The position numbers were made by a program, and so were the translations under genes. Of a stretch of 64,000 nt of DNA, positions 1 to 10,951 are shown in pieces. The notes below the pieces were generated by a model. That model worked only from the letters and a program-made list of their open reading frames with translations. It had not been told where the DNA came from and did no database searches. The DNA comes from Waddliaceae bacterium (lineage in GTDB: Bacteria > Chlamydiota > Chlamydiia > Chlamydiales > SLFE01), in the NCBI GenBank assembly GCA_963771045.1, contig CAVYRW010000004.1:832001-896000 (forward strand), in the 5' to 3' direction. Position 1 is the stretch's first letter, and every line of letters begins with the position of its first letter.

Positions 1-10
1 TCTTTACGGA

Positions 11-931
11 TTGATGTGCAAACTTTTGGAAGTTCGTCCCGATCGCTTCAAAAAATATAGGTATAAAGAACTTCTTTCCTATCAACCGGCAAATGAACTG
101 AGGGCGGCAAAGCGGCGATTTGCAAAAATGGTGAAACGATCCAAAAATCTCATTGAAAATGCAGGCTCTGGCAGTCCGCGGCCGAGCGAGGAATCTTGTG
201 ATAATGTACTTGAGTTGTATTGCGCGGGAAAGGATTGCGAGCAGCAGTTTGACAAGCTCACTTACGATATTAAACTGCATACAATTGCATTGATACAAAA
301 AGTAGGCATAGAAGAATTTCTTAATCTTAAGTGGATATCGGCAGGCCCAATTTCCGGCATGCAAAAACTCATCAAGCATTCTAATGATCTTTCAGCATGG
401 GTTAAACATAATGTTTATCATAATGAATCTAATAAAAAGTCCGAGCTAATTAAGAGGGGAGCTAAGATCAGTTTTTTTATTGATCTTTGCTATAAGCTTA
501 TAGAAATTGGCGATTTTTATTCGTGTTTTCCCATATATACCGCCCTTTGCTGTTCTGAAAGCAAAAATCTCAAAAAATCCTGGGTTTACGTAAAGAAAAA
601 AACCAGTCAAAAATTAGAGGAATTGAAGCCTCTGTTTGATGGGGATAGTAATTTTCGACATCTCCGCAAGAAAATCGTTCTTTTTACAAATGATAATGAA
701 AAATCTGCCTACTGTTTTCCTATCCAATTTATTTCCCGTGATCTTGAAAAAACTTTTCAAATGGCCGATTGGGATTGCGACCACATTAATTATGATAAAG
801 TTGAGGAGCTATATCGGCAGTTTGATGAATTTTATCGGTGCAAAATGCGGACTCCGCAAAACATACCTAAGGCTTATACAGATTTTCGGCATTCGCTGCG
901 AGGCATTCCAATATCACTCAGAGATTATTAG
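11..931 (+). CDS. RasGEF (CDC25-like) domain protein, candidate effector; probably 5'-truncated by the window edge
   Basis: Motifs in CDC25 order: KISFFIDLCYKLIEIGDFYSCFPIYTAL, LKKSW, LEELKPLFDGDSNFRHLR, CFPIQFISRDL, INYDK. Confidence 0.75.
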   Translation: MMCKLLEVRPDRFKKYRYKELLSYQPANELRAAKRRFAKMVKRSKNLIENAGSGSPRPSEESCDNVLELYCAGKDCEQQFDKLTYDIKLHTIALIQKVGIEEFLNLKWISAGPISGMQKLIKHSNDLSAWVKHNVYHNESNKKSELIKRGAKISFFIDLCYKLIEIGDFYSCFPIYTALCCSESKNLKKSWVYVKKKTSQKLEELKPLFDGDSNFRHLRKKIVLFTNDNEKSAYCFPIQFISRDLEKTFQMADWDCDHINYDKVEELYRQFDEFYRCKMRTPQNIPKAYTDFRHSLRGIPISLRDY

Positions 932-1624
932 GCAGCGTACCTAAAAGATATAATCAGCTAATCTATTTCTTTTAATCTCAATATGTCTGCTATGAATTTT
1001 TCTACTACAGAGCAGAGATTACAGAGAGGAAGGAAAATGATTCTTTAACTAAAGAAATCACAGGTTCTCTATGTAATTTCGAATAGCATCGGAGTCATAA
1101 GCTTTATCAGCAAGGATATTTTCACAGGAATGCCCCCTAAAAGGACTTCGACTTGTGCATTATCACGTACATTGCCTGGAGTTAAAACAGAATTTAGGCA
1201 TCGACCAAATCCATCGGTTAGTGCGTAGACCTTCGTTGCTTCTTCTCTTTTTTTTTATTTTGCAGGCATCTTGATGGGCCTTGATATTTGATCCATTAAT
1301 AGCATAATTTTCATGGTCTATTTCATCTTTAAGGGCATCCCAAATTCCCTTTGCCGTCCATCTATTAAAACGGTTATAACAAGAACTCCACGGTCCATAT
1401 TCAGGAGGGAGATCTCTCCATGGGGCACCAGTTCTAAATACCCAGAGTATCCCCTCTAAAACGATCCTATGAGATTTTGATGGTCTCCCCCAATATCCTG
1501 ATTCAGGTGGTAGTAAGGGCTCGATTTTTTTCCATAATTCATCTGTCAATATTGTTCGATCCATATTCTTTCCTCTGCAGTCAGAAGAACTAAATACATG
1601 AAAAAATCTTTTAGGTACACTGCC
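931..1624 (-). mobile_element. IS5-family (IS427-like) internally deleted element, copy 1
   Basis: TIRs GGCAGCGTACCTAAAAGAT / ATCTTTTAGGTACACTGCC, TA on both flanks; transposase remnant from ATG ~1564 (LTDELW..GILWVFRTGAPWRDLPPEYGPW..ADKAYDSD), broken. Confidence 0.85.
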
Positions 1625-1634
1625 TAATAGAGCT

Positions 1635-1940
1635 TTATATTTTGTAGCCTTGAGTGCGCATGTCTTTAACGACTGACATGATGCCCCGCTTTTCAATCGT
1701 GCGGATGGCAGCAGCTGAGACGCTGAGGGTAACGAAGCGCCTTTCTTCAGGCAGCCAGAAACGTTTTTTTTGAACGTTTGGCTTGAATTCACGCTTATTT
1801 TTACCGGTAATTTTAAGGCCGATACCCTTCTTTTTCTTGGCAATACCGCGGATGGAGTATGTATTTCCTTTGACAGTCCGTTTTCCCGTTACCTGGCATT
1901 TTTTTCCATGTACAAGTTTATTTTTTGCGGATTTTGGCAT
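1635..1940 (-). CDS. rpmB: 50S ribosomal protein L28
   Basis: CQVTGKR..RGIAKKKKGIGLKITG..KREFKPNVQKKRFW, chlamydial L28 pattern. Confidence 0.95.
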   Translation of the reverse strand: MPKSAKNKLVHGKKCQVTGKRTVKGNTYSIRGIAKKKKGIGLKITGKNKREFKPNVQKKRFWLPEERRFVTLSVSAAAIRTIEKRGIMSVVKDMRTQGYKI

Positions 1941-2009
1941 GATTTTCTCCTAAATTTTAATATATAAAAAATAATAGCATAGCGATTCTTTCTTTACAAT
2001 GATAATGGC

Positions 2010-2477
2010 TCATTGAAGGGGGAGCCAGCTGTCGCGAATGTTAAAACGTTTATTTTTTGCTTTAGCGATTTGCTTCTGGATCATTTCTTCCGTATTGATA
2101 TCCTGAAGACTTTTTTTGATTTCATCTCTAAAATTGTAGATTTTAGAGCGAATTTTAAGAATTTCTTCAATATCCTCATCAGAGACATTATCAGGGTCTT
2201 TAAAGAGTCTTTCAGCTGTTTCCCTGTCAATGCCAAGCTCTTCAACCAGATCGCGGCGCACCCTTGCGATAAATTTGATCTCTCTTTTGGTATTGATGAC
2301 TAAAAACGCTTTCTCTCTTTTGATTTGCTCCTGGGTTTTTTTGCCTCGTTTAGGTTTGCTGACGAGTGTTCCCAGCGAATCGGAAAGTTCGGCAAGATAA
2401 AGCAGATTTTCCACTTCCATACGGGCCAAGCCCTTGTCAAAGTACTGTTCGGCTTTTTCAAAATTGATTTTACCCAT
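2010..2477 (-). CDS. hypothetical protein
   Basis: 155-aa ORF with GAGG RBS, co-oriented with rpmB. Confidence 0.7.
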   Translation of the reverse strand: MGKINFEKAEQYFDKGLARMEVENLLYLAELSDSLGTLVSKPKRGKKTQEQIKREKAFLVINTKREIKFIARVRRDLVEELGIDRETAERLFKDPDNVSDEDIEEILKIRSKIYNFRDEIKKSLQDINTEEMIQKQIAKAKNKRFNIRDSWLPLQ

Positions 2478-2603
2478 GAGCGGCCTCTCGTTATTATTAT
2501 AACGGATTTTTGAATTCTCATGTTAATTTACTATAAGATTAAGGGTGAATAGGATGCGATAATTTTGACCTTCAGGCTGATTTCTGAGATAATGGGGATT
2601 GAT

Positions 2604-4001
2604 ATGGAAGAACTTCAAGCAGATATTATTATAATCGGATCAGGGCCGGCAGGGCAAAAAGCGGCTATACAAGCTGCAAAACTCGGTAAAAAAGTTGTGG
2701 TTATCGAAAAATCGGGAGGGCCGGGAGGGGCTTGTCTTTATGAGGGGACCATACCCTCTAAAACTCTTCGCGAGGCAATCGTTGATCTGACAGGATTTAG
2801 GCAACGCGTCATTTACGGGAAAAATTTTCCTATGCGCGACGTGACGATTCAAGACTTAAACTACCGGCTTAAGCAGGTTGTCGAGCGGCAGGGTCAGATC
2901 ATCACGCGGCAATTTAGAAAAAATGATATTCGATTTATTGTGGGCACGGCCCGTTTCGAAAATAAGAATATGATGATCGTGGTCGATGAAAATTTTCGGT
3001 TAACGCATCAGATTCACGCTGACAAATTCATTATAGCAACAGGCTCAAAACCTAGAAATCCGATTGAGGTCCCATTTGACGATGAAGTCATTTTAGATTC
3101 TACCAGGCTGCTTGCCATTAAAGAGGTGCCCAAAACCATGTTGGTATTGGGAGGGGGGATCATCGGTTCGGAATATGCTAGTTTTTTTTCCGCTTTAGGG
3201 ACAGAGGTGACGGTCATCGATAAAAAAGATCACTTGCTTCCTTTGCTCGATCATGAAATCGGCATCCACCTTCAGACAGCCTTGACCAATTTGGGGATGA
3301 GGTTTAAAGGGCGCAAAATGCCGAAAGAAATTAAGAGGGTCGAGAATTGGGCCGAAGTCCTTTTTGAAGATGGAACATGTCTCAAGGCCGATGTTTTGCT
3401 TTATGCTTTGGGCCGCGTTGCGAACGTAGAAGGGCTTCATATTGAAAATTCCGGTCTAAGCGTCAGTCCCAGAGGGTATATTCCGGTCAACTCGCTTTTT
3501 CAGACAAAAGTTCCGCATATTTATGCTGTCGGAGATGTTGTCGGGGGTCCTTGCCTGGCATCGACAAGCATGGAGCAGGGAAGGCTGGCATCGAGGCACG
3601 CATGCGGCATCGACACGCATCAGTTTCCAAATTTTTATCCTGTTGGCATTTATACCATTCCGACAATTTCTTGTTGCGGTTTTACAGAGCAGGATCTTCA
3701 GGAAATGGGCTTCCACTACGAAGTGGGGAGGGCTTATTATTATGAGATTTCCCGCAGCCACATAGCCGGAAGCAATGTGGGGATGTTTAAAATTCTGTTT
3801 CACAGAGAGACGCTTGAGATCCTTGGAGTGCATGTCATTGGGCGTGGAGCGACAGAGGTTATCCATATTGGTCAATTAGCTATGGGATTTAAAGCCAGAA
3901 TCGATTATTTTATTGACCAGGTTTTTAATTATCCTACTTATGCGGAAGGTTATCGCATAGCCGCATTGAATGGAATCAACAAAATCAAGCGCAAGTTATG
4001 A
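2604..4001 (+). CDS. sthA: soluble pyridine nucleotide transhydrogenase
   Basis: GSGPAG FAD motif, GGACLYEGTIPSKTLRE (single Cys), C-terminal FNYPTYAEGYRIAALNG. Confidence 0.92.
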   Translation: MEELQADIIIIGSGPAGQKAAIQAAKLGKKVVVIEKSGGPGGACLYEGTIPSKTLREAIVDLTGFRQRVIYGKNFPMRDVTIQDLNYRLKQVVERQGQIITRQFRKNDIRFIVGTARFENKNMMIVVDENFRLTHQIHADKFIIATGSKPRNPIEVPFDDEVILDSTRLLAIKEVPKTMLVLGGGIIGSEYASFFSALGTEVTVIDKKDHLLPLLDHEIGIHLQTALTNLGMRFKGRKMPKEIKRVENWAEVLFEDGTCLKADVLLYALGRVANVEGLHIENSGLSVSPRGYIPVNSLFQTKVPHIYAVGDVVGGPCLASTSMEQGRLASRHACGIDTHQFPNFYPVGIYTIPTISCCGFTEQDLQEMGFHYEVGRAYYYEISRSHIAGSNVGMFKILFHRETLEILGVHVIGRGATEVIHIGQLAMGFKARIDYFIDQVFNYPTYAEGYRIAALNGINKIKRKL

Positions 4002-4432
4002 ACGAAGACGAAAAACCGAAAATGCCCGAGTTTATCATCATTGAGGATGATAAGCAGTCCTACGGGGAGCAGGAGTTTTCAGGGTTTAAAAAAACTCCGC
4101 CGAAGGAAACATCATGGAAGCTTAGGTTTGTTTTTTTCCTCTCCTCTTTTGTGTCGTTTATTTGGACAGTCGGCTCGCTTTTTTGTTTTGCCTGCATGGG
4201 CTTGGCTGCGCTTATCACTTTCAACTCTTTTCCTCTTCTAAAAAGGCACGCGAAAATGTATTGGTCCTGGTTTAAAGGGGGCGCTGTCGTTACATTGGGA
4301 CTTGTGGTCTCGTTTTTCAACTTTTCTCTTGGCATTATCATCATAGCCTATTACTTTTCCCAAATTAATGAAGACTGGCAGAAGAATATTTTCACCCGAG
4401 TCATGTACCCCCACATGAAAGACTATATGTAA
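3998..4432 (+). CDS. membrane protein, hypothetical
   Basis: Several hydrophobic segments; ATGA overlap with sthA stop. Confidence 0.7.
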   Translation: MNEDEKPKMPEFIIIEDDKQSYGEQEFSGFKKTPPKETSWKLRFVFFLSSFVSFIWTVGSLFCFACMGLAALITFNSFPLLKRHAKMYWSWFKGGAVVTLGLVVSFFNFSLGIIIIAYYFSQINEDWQKNIFTRVMYPHMKDYM

Positions 4433-4542
4433 GATCAGAGATCAGAGATATTAAAAAGCGACGCTTTTGACAATTAAAACACAGATATCCAAAAACTCTG
4501 TAAATTAGCAAAACGGATTCTTCTCTACATCTCTGATTTCTG
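4433..4542. repeat. intergenic element bounded by inverted short-unit repeats
   Basis: GATCAGAGATCAGAGAT at left, ATCTCTGATTTCTG at right, between convergent genes. Confidence 0.5.
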
Positions 4543-7152
4543 CTATCTGCTTTCCACAACGGCGATGAGGTCGAAGTCGATTTTGCCGTTTTCTACGGTA
4601 AGCATGACTTCGCTATCGGGTGGAATACGCCCTTCGAGAATAGCTGTTGCCAGCATGTTGGATACTTTGTGCTGAATGAGCCGCTTTAAGGGACGGGCGC
4701 CGAAAATGGGGTCGTACCCTTCTTTGGCCAGGGTGTCGGCGACCTCTTTTGGCCAGGAAAGCGCCACGTGCCTCTCGCCGATGCGTTTTGCCACGCGAGT
4801 GAGTTGAATTTCAACGATTTTGTGCATCTCCTCCTCGCGTAAAGGGAGGAAGGGGAGGATGTCATCAAGCCGGTTGAGAAATTCAGGACGGAAATGCCTG
4901 CGGATGACCGGCTCTAGAAGAGCCATAATGGCGTCTTTTGAAAATTCGGTATGAGACTTTTCAAGCTGCTCTAAAAGCTGGGCCGACCCGAGGTTTGAGG
5001 TCATTATGAAGAGGGCGTTTTTACAGTTGACCGTACGCCCCTTGGCATCTGTCAGCCGGCCGTCGTCAAATACCTGCAAGAGGATGTTGAACACATCTTC
5101 ATGGGCTTTTTCAATTTCATCGAGAAGGATAACCGAATAAGGACGACGGCGGATGGCTTCTGTCAGCTGGCCCCCTTCTTCGTAGCCGACGTACCCAGGG
5201 GGCGATCCAATTAGTTTGGACACGCTGTGTTTTTCCATGTATTCGGACATGTCAAGGCGGATTAAAGCCTCTTCCTGATTGAATAGCTGGTACGCCAGGG
5301 CTTTGGCCAACTCGGTTTTGCCGACTCCGGTAGGGCCTAAAAAGAGGAACGCGCCCATGGGACGGCCAGGGTCGCTAAGGCCGGTTCTCGAGCGCCTAAT
5401 CGCCTCACTGACTGCTGTAATCGCCAAATCTTGTCCGACGACCTGTTTTCCCAGCTCTTTTTCCAGGTGAAGGAGTTTTTCGGCTTCGCCTTCTAGCATT
5501 TTCGAGACGGGTACTCCCGACCATTTTGAGACAATTTGCGCGATGAGCGGTTCGTCAACTTCTTCCTGAAGAAGACGGTGCTTTTTTTCATTGAGTTTGT
5601 GTTCGGCCTGCTCGATTTCTTTCTGAATAGCGGGGATGCTGTTGTATCTGAGTTCGGCGACTTTGTTGTAATCGGCTCTCCGTTCGGCGTCCTCTTCTTC
5701 GAAGCGGAGCTGTTCCATGCGATTTTTTTTATCTTTGAGGTCCTGAATTAATTGTTTTTCCTTATCCCACCTAGACCTGAGTTTTGCCAGTTCTTCTTTG
5801 ACTTCGACGATTTTGGCTTCAAGTTTTTTTGCCGCTTCTTTAGAACCGGGGCTGTCTTCTCTTTTGAGAGCTTCCTGCTCGACGATCATGCTTGAGAGCT
5901 GCCGTTCCTTGTTATCTATCGGCAGGGGGCGGCTGCCAAGCTGCATTTTGATCAAACTAGCCGCCTCGTCGATCAGGTCGATGGCTTTATCGGGCAAAAA
6001 TCTATCGGTTATATAGCGGTGGGACAAAAATGCTGCGGCATGGATGGCAGATTCTGTGATCCGCACCCCGTGAAAAATCTCGTATCGCTCCCTGATGCCG
6101 CGCAAAATGGCGATGGTTTCTTCCAGGCTTGGCTCCCGGACCATAACAGGTTGAAAGCGTCTTTCCAAAGCGGCGTCTTTTTCAATGTATTTTTGGTATT
6201 CGCTTAAAGTTGTGGCCCCGATGCAATGGAGCAGGCCTCTCGCCAGTGCCGGCTTGAGCAAATTAGCAGCGTCCATGGCTCCCTCAGATGCTCCCGCTCC
6301 TATAAGGGTGTGGACTTCGTCGATAAATAAAATGAACTGCCCTTCGCTCTTTTCTATTTCTTGCAGAATTCCTTTCAAGCGCTCTTCAAATTCGCCGCGG
6401 AATTTAGTGCCGGCGATCAGGCTGCCCATGTCAAGTGCAAGAATCTGCTTTCCTTTTAGTGAATCGGGCACATCTTCTTGAATGATGCGATGGGCAAGGC
6501 CTTCGGCAATTGCCGTCTTGCCGACGCCCGGTTCGCCGATCAGCATCGGATTATTCTTTGTACGCCGGCAAATAACTTGCATAGTGCGCCGAATTTCCTC
6601 TTCCCTTCCAATGACCGGATCGAGCTTTCCTTCCCTGGCAAGGCTTGTCAGGTCCTTGCAGTACTTTTCCAGCGTCTTGAGGCTTGATTCTGCTGTAGGG
6701 GAATCCATATGGCGGTCTCCTCTAATTTCTTTGATCTTGGATTCGACATCCTGATAGGAGAGTTTCGTCCCCTTTTTCCAGGCGGCGAATGGCTCCCCTC
6801 CGTTTTTCCAGAAAGCGAGCAGGAAGTGATCTTGGCTGATGTAGGAGTCGTTCATTTTCTTAGCGATTGCCTGCGCGCCGGCGATGCGTCCCTGCAGGCT
6901 TCTTCCCGCCTGCGGCTCTCCGCTCTGGCCTGTGAAAGTAGGCAGAGCCGATAAAGAGTCTTCGACTTCTGACTGAAGGGCTGAAGGATTTGTCTTCAAA
7001 TCCTTCAATAGGGATGTAAAATACCCTTCTGTATCGGATAAGAGAGCCTTAAGTAAATGATTTTCCGTAATTTCAGTATTGTTTCTTTCTTGCGCATCGG
7101 CAAATGCCGACTGCAAAGCTTCCGAAGTGGCTTCAGTAAAATCAGGTTTCAT
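4543..7152 (-). CDS. clpB: ATP-dependent chaperone ClpB
   Basis: Two AAA+ modules ([16 protein letters not shown]), coiled-coil M domain, 869 aa. Confidence 0.97.
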   Translation of the reverse strand: MKPDFTEATSEALQSAFADAQERNNTEITENHLLKALLSDTEGYFTSLLKDLKTNPSALQSEVEDSLSALPTFTGQSGEPQAGRSLQGRIAGAQAIAKKMNDSYISQDHFLLAFWKNGGEPFAAWKKGTKLSYQDVESKIKEIRGDRHMDSPTAESSLKTLEKYCKDLTSLAREGKLDPVIGREEEIRRTMQVICRRTKNNPMLIGEPGVGKTAIAEGLAHRIIQEDVPDSLKGKQILALDMGSLIAGTKFRGEFEERLKGILQEIEKSEGQFILFIDEVHTLIGAGASEGAMDAANLLKPALARGLLHCIGATTLSEYQKYIEKDAALERRFQPVMVREPSLEETIAILRGIRERYEIFHGVRITESAIHAAAFLSHRYITDRFLPDKAIDLIDEAASLIKMQLGSRPLPIDNKERQLSSMIVEQEALKREDSPGSKEAAKKLEAKIVEVKEELAKLRSRWDKEKQLIQDLKDKKNRMEQLRFEEEDAERRADYNKVAELRYNSIPAIQKEIEQAEHKLNEKKHRLLQEEVDEPLIAQIVSKWSGVPVSKMLEGEAEKLLHLEKELGKQVVGQDLAITAVSEAIRRSRTGLSDPGRPMGAFLFLGPTGVGKTELAKALAYQLFNQEEALIRLDMSEYMEKHSVSKLIGSPPGYVGYEEGGQLTEAIRRRPYSVILLDEIEKAHEDVFNILLQVFDDGRLTDAKGRTVNCKNALFIMTSNLGSAQLLEQLEKSHTEFSKDAIMALLEPVIRRHFRPEFLNRLDDILPFLPLREEEMHKIVEIQLTRVAKRIGERHVALSWPKEVADTLAKEGYDPIFGARPLKRLIQHKVSNMLATAILEGRIPPDSEVMLTVENGKIDFDLIAVVESR

Positions 7153-7211
7153 GCATTATCAAAATAATCGAAAAATACATACACGTCAAGTCAGAAAACC
7201 CTTTTAAAAAA

Positions 7212-9035
7212 ATGTCTATTTCACTAGCTTTAAATCAACATTGTCAGCAACAGGAGATTTTCATCATGGTTTCAGGAGTGAACTTTGCAAATCAGGTTTG
7301 CCAGGAATTTGACGATTTATCATCCCAGGAGCAAGGATTGCACCGTTTAGGGGTGATTTTCAAAGGTTGGATATCGTCGCGTGAAATCCAGCAGTGCTAT
7401 CTTGAAGAGCACGATATTAAAGCGATAGAAGCAATATCCCATCTCGATGGCCAGATTGAAAAGCTCAAAATGAAAGCGTTTAAGCAGCTGAATCAACTGG
7501 GAAACGCCCCTTTGCACTGGGATAAAGATTGTGTTGATAAGATTATTAACAACATGATGCAAGATTATTGGGATCAATGGAAAAAGCAGAGGAATGATCG
7601 TTGCGTGTTTATCGAATTAGCATCTATTACAGAAGATTCGCCGAAGTTAATTGCTGAATGGCTGCAAGAGGGATCGAACCTGCAGTGCTATGAGATATAT
7701 CGCGCTCTCTTTACAAATCAAAACGAGCATACCGCATCAGTGGTTAAAGCCCTTCTGAAGATAGGATTTGTTCCCGATAATGAGAACATTAATTCCCTTT
7801 TTGTTAAAGAATCCCCTCATACCGTGGAAATTTTGGAGGCATTGACACCTACGCAATGCTTCAGCCCTTCATGTTTTACCTTTGCTTTTAGGTACTGTCA
7901 AGATTATCTTAAGCAGATCGTTGATTTTTTACTTCAGAATGAAGTGCATCCCGAAGAGTATCACAGAAGTTTTACCAGCAGGCATTTGCCATCCTTTTGC
8001 AAAGAGCAGTTTGTATGCGGCAAGCGTTCATCTGCAGATGAATATTTTTTCCTGAAATCTCAGTCATGCGATCGTTCTCTTAAAAGATTTGATGAGATCA
8101 TCAATTGTCCGGATAAAGATTCGTTAGGAGATTTGGTTGCTCATATTTATAACGGCAATTCATTGAACAAACGGGGATTTAACAAACTTATCAGCCAAGT
8201 AATAACCGGTAAGGAATGCGGGGATTATAGTGTTGAGCTTTTGCATGTCTATTTTATTTTCGGTTTTCAATTATCCCCATTGCAACTCAAAAATTTGCTA
8301 AAGAGTGATTCTGAACGGTCATTGCTCGTTATCAAACTTGCGCGCATGTATGGGTTGGAGATTACAAATGATTTGGCGGCAAATCAGCTCGGTAATCAAA
8401 AAAATATTGATGCTCTATTCGTAGCAACGGACCGCTACCAGAAAATGAGTAAACCCGAATTAAAAGAACTTATTAAAACTTATGTTCAAAATTCTCCGGG
8501 CCTGTTTGAACTCTTGATACAGAGCAGAGTGCGCCCAAGCTTCCAGTTGGAAATGATGTTTCATGAAGTTCCTAAAAGAAAATTCTTTAAGCATCTGCTT
8601 GACGAGGAGTCTTTATTTGAAGCAAACGCTCGAAATAATCACCTTTTAGAAAATGCCATACAAACATCGAACAAAGTCATTATTTTTCACCTTATAGAGA
8701 AAGGGTTTCAGTTGACAATCAACAATGTTATCCAATCTATTTTGCATCAGCCAAGAATTGTGACATATGAACTGATTAAGAAATTAAAGGATCTCAATCA
8801 ATCGCCAATTAATGCGCCTAAACCGCCTCTAACGAAAGAAATTATAGATGATCCCATAGCCCTTGTTCTTCGCAATCAAAATAAGGATACTTGCAAACGG
8901 GTCAAAAAACTCATTGATACGGGTGAAAAGCCTTGCAGCCACCACTTAACAATGATTATGAATCATCTCTCAATTTTTTCTCCTGAGCTGATTTGCCTGC
9001 TTGAAGAAAACGGCGTTTCAATCGAGAGTATTTAA
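7212..9035 (+). CDS. hypothetical helical-repeat protein, candidate effector
   Basis: 607-aa ORF with recurring L..G.. pseudo-ankyrin-like units; no firm domain call. Confidence 0.65.
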   Translation: MSISLALNQHCQQQEIFIMVSGVNFANQVCQEFDDLSSQEQGLHRLGVIFKGWISSREIQQCYLEEHDIKAIEAISHLDGQIEKLKMKAFKQLNQLGNAPLHWDKDCVDKIINNMMQDYWDQWKKQRNDRCVFIELASITEDSPKLIAEWLQEGSNLQCYEIYRALFTNQNEHTASVVKALLKIGFVPDNENINSLFVKESPHTVEILEALTPTQCFSPSCFTFAFRYCQDYLKQIVDFLLQNEVHPEEYHRSFTSRHLPSFCKEQFVCGKRSSADEYFFLKSQSCDRSLKRFDEIINCPDKDSLGDLVAHIYNGNSLNKRGFNKLISQVITGKECGDYSVELLHVYFIFGFQLSPLQLKNLLKSDSERSLLVIKLARMYGLEITNDLAANQLGNQKNIDALFVATDRYQKMSKPELKELIKTYVQNSPGLFELLIQSRVRPSFQLEMMFHEVPKRKFFKHLLDEESLFEANARNNHLLENAIQTSNKVIIFHLIEKGFQLTINNVIQSILHQPRIVTYELIKKLKDLNQSPINAPKPPLTKEIIDDPIALVLRNQNKDTCKRVKKLIDTGEKPCSHHLTMIMNHLSIFSPELICLLEENGVSIESI

Positions 9036-9121
9036 TTCGGATTTCTCACATCGGATGTTCATGGTCTTTTATCAAAAGGCGCCGAAAAACCTCTTTCTTT
9101 AGGTGGTGGATGTAAGGAGCT

Positions 9122-9328
9122 CTATACAGGTGTTTGTTGTTGTTCAATATATTTCCGAATAATATCAATGGGAGCACCTCAATCACAAACATCAGAGAAG
9201 ATTTGTTTCAGGTCCTTTAAAATTGTTTTGTTAAATACTTTCCTGCGATACTTAGTGACAAAGACCAAATGTACATGCATGTTGAAAGTGCAGTGTCTTC
9301 CATGACGAATAGATGTTGACTTTTTCAT
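9122..9328 (-). pseudogene. tnpA: TnpA Y1 transposase, internally deleted
   Basis: MKKSTSIRHGRHCTFNMHVHLVFVTKYRRKVF..VCD* joined to GAPIDIIRKYIEQQQTPV*; central part missing. Confidence 0.85.
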
Positions 9329-9351
9329 AGACCAAATTGTAGCATCGGTTC

Positions 9352-10951
9352 ATGTTAATCCGCAAAGCCTATAAATTTCGATTAAAGACAGATCATGAGA
9401 TTGAAGAGAAACTGACGCAATTTGCTGGTTGCTGTCGTTTTTTGTGGAATAAAGCTTTAGCTCTTAACCTAAGAAGACTGGAAGAAAAGCAACCTTTAAT
9501 GTGGTATAGAGAGCTTGCATTTTGGCTTACTTTTTGGAAGCGAACGGAAGAGCATCAATTTTTAAAGCAGGCCCATTCTCAGCCCCTTCAACAAACCTTA
9601 AAGCAAGCTTTTAATCCGTGATTGTGACCTAATCTGAGGCTGGGCGCTATAGATGGAGGTTAGATTTCGAAAATTTTGACGAGAGGCATGTCTTAAGACA
9701 TGCCGGAGGAGAAATTTATCGATAGATGACCTTCAGCTGTAGATGATTGGCCTCATTGGTTATTATGATTTTCTTTAAAAATGGAGTCCGGTTTTTGCTT
9801 GAAAGTTACATTTTTTATCCTTGCCTATATGGTAAACTTATCTTATCCACTGGGATAATCGTCCCCCTCAGCAATTTTAGCAATCCATCTGCCAACTTAC
9901 CCTCCTCGGTAAGCTCTAAAGAGCTTACTCTTCGTCACGTAAGTTCACATCTGAATCACTAAAATCACTGAGGCGAACGAGATTAGGTTACAATCACGGG
10001 TTTAAGGATGGATTTGATACAAAACAGCCACTTAAACGAATTCCTAAATTTAAAAAGAAATTTTCTGGGGATACCTTTAGTTACCCTCAGGGATTTAAAT
10101 TCGATAACCGACGTGTATATCTTCCCAAGATAGGATGGGTTGGTTTTCACAAAAGTCAAAATATAGAAGGAACTCAAAAGAATCTAACTGTGAAAAAAGA
10201 GGCTGATGGGTGGTATATATCGGTCCAAGTAGAACTTGAGGTTCCAGATCCGAAGCACTCTTCACAATCCTGTATTGGAATTGATCTTGGGGTTTCGCGG
10301 TTTGCTACTCTCTCTACAGGAGAGTACTATAAACCTCTTCATTCATTTCGAAAGCACGAGACAAAACTGGCTAAATTACAAAGAGATCTATCCAGAAAGG
10401 TTAAATATTCAAACAATTGGAGGAAGCAGAAAAGAAAAATTGCCAAGCACTATCGAAAGATTCGAAATTGCCGAAATGACTATATCCATCAAATCACAAG
10501 AAGAATAAGCAAAAACCACGCTTCCGTCTTTTTGGAAGATTTGACGATCAAAAATATGTCAAAATCGGGAAGAGGATCCCCGGAGGTGCCAGGTAGATAT
10601 GTAAAACAAAAATCTAGATTGAACAAGTCTATCCTTGATCAAGGATGGGGAATCTTTTGCAACTTTCTCGGTTACAAACTGTCTTGGTTAGGAGGAGTAC
10701 TCCGATTCGTGAATCCACGATATACCAGCCAAAAGTGCCCAAATTGCTCGTATATTGATTCTGAAAATAGACCGGGCCAATCAAAATTTAAGTGTCTTAA
10801 GTGTGACTATGAGAGTAATGCTGACCTAGTCGGCGCACTCAATATTTTAGCGGCAGGGCTTGCCGCGATAGCCTGTCAAACGAATCCCATAAGGGGTCGG
10901 CAGCAGGAACCTGTAGAAAACCGCGAGGGAGTACTATCTTGTGTAGTCTAA
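9352..10951 (+). pseudogene. tnpB: TnpB RNA-guided nuclease interrupted by a MITE
   Basis: N-terminal KAYKFRL, RuvC motifs GIDLG / LEDL / NAD, CPNC..CLKC; removing 9614-10001 plus one TTA restores the frame (QAFKDGFDTKQPLKRIPKFKKK). Confidence 0.9.
9614..10001. mobile_element. ACCC-ended MITE (family A) carrying a nested 225-bp insert
   Basis: Ends ATCCGTGATTGTGACCTAATC / GATTAGGTTACAATCACGGGT, TTA duplication; body near-identical to 24787-24949; extra segment at 9756-9980. Confidence 0.9.

Noticed and set aside
1565..1843. 226-aa fusion ORF 1163-1843
   Set aside because: The upstream part is an alternative frame over rpmB; the transposase remnant starts at MDRTIL.
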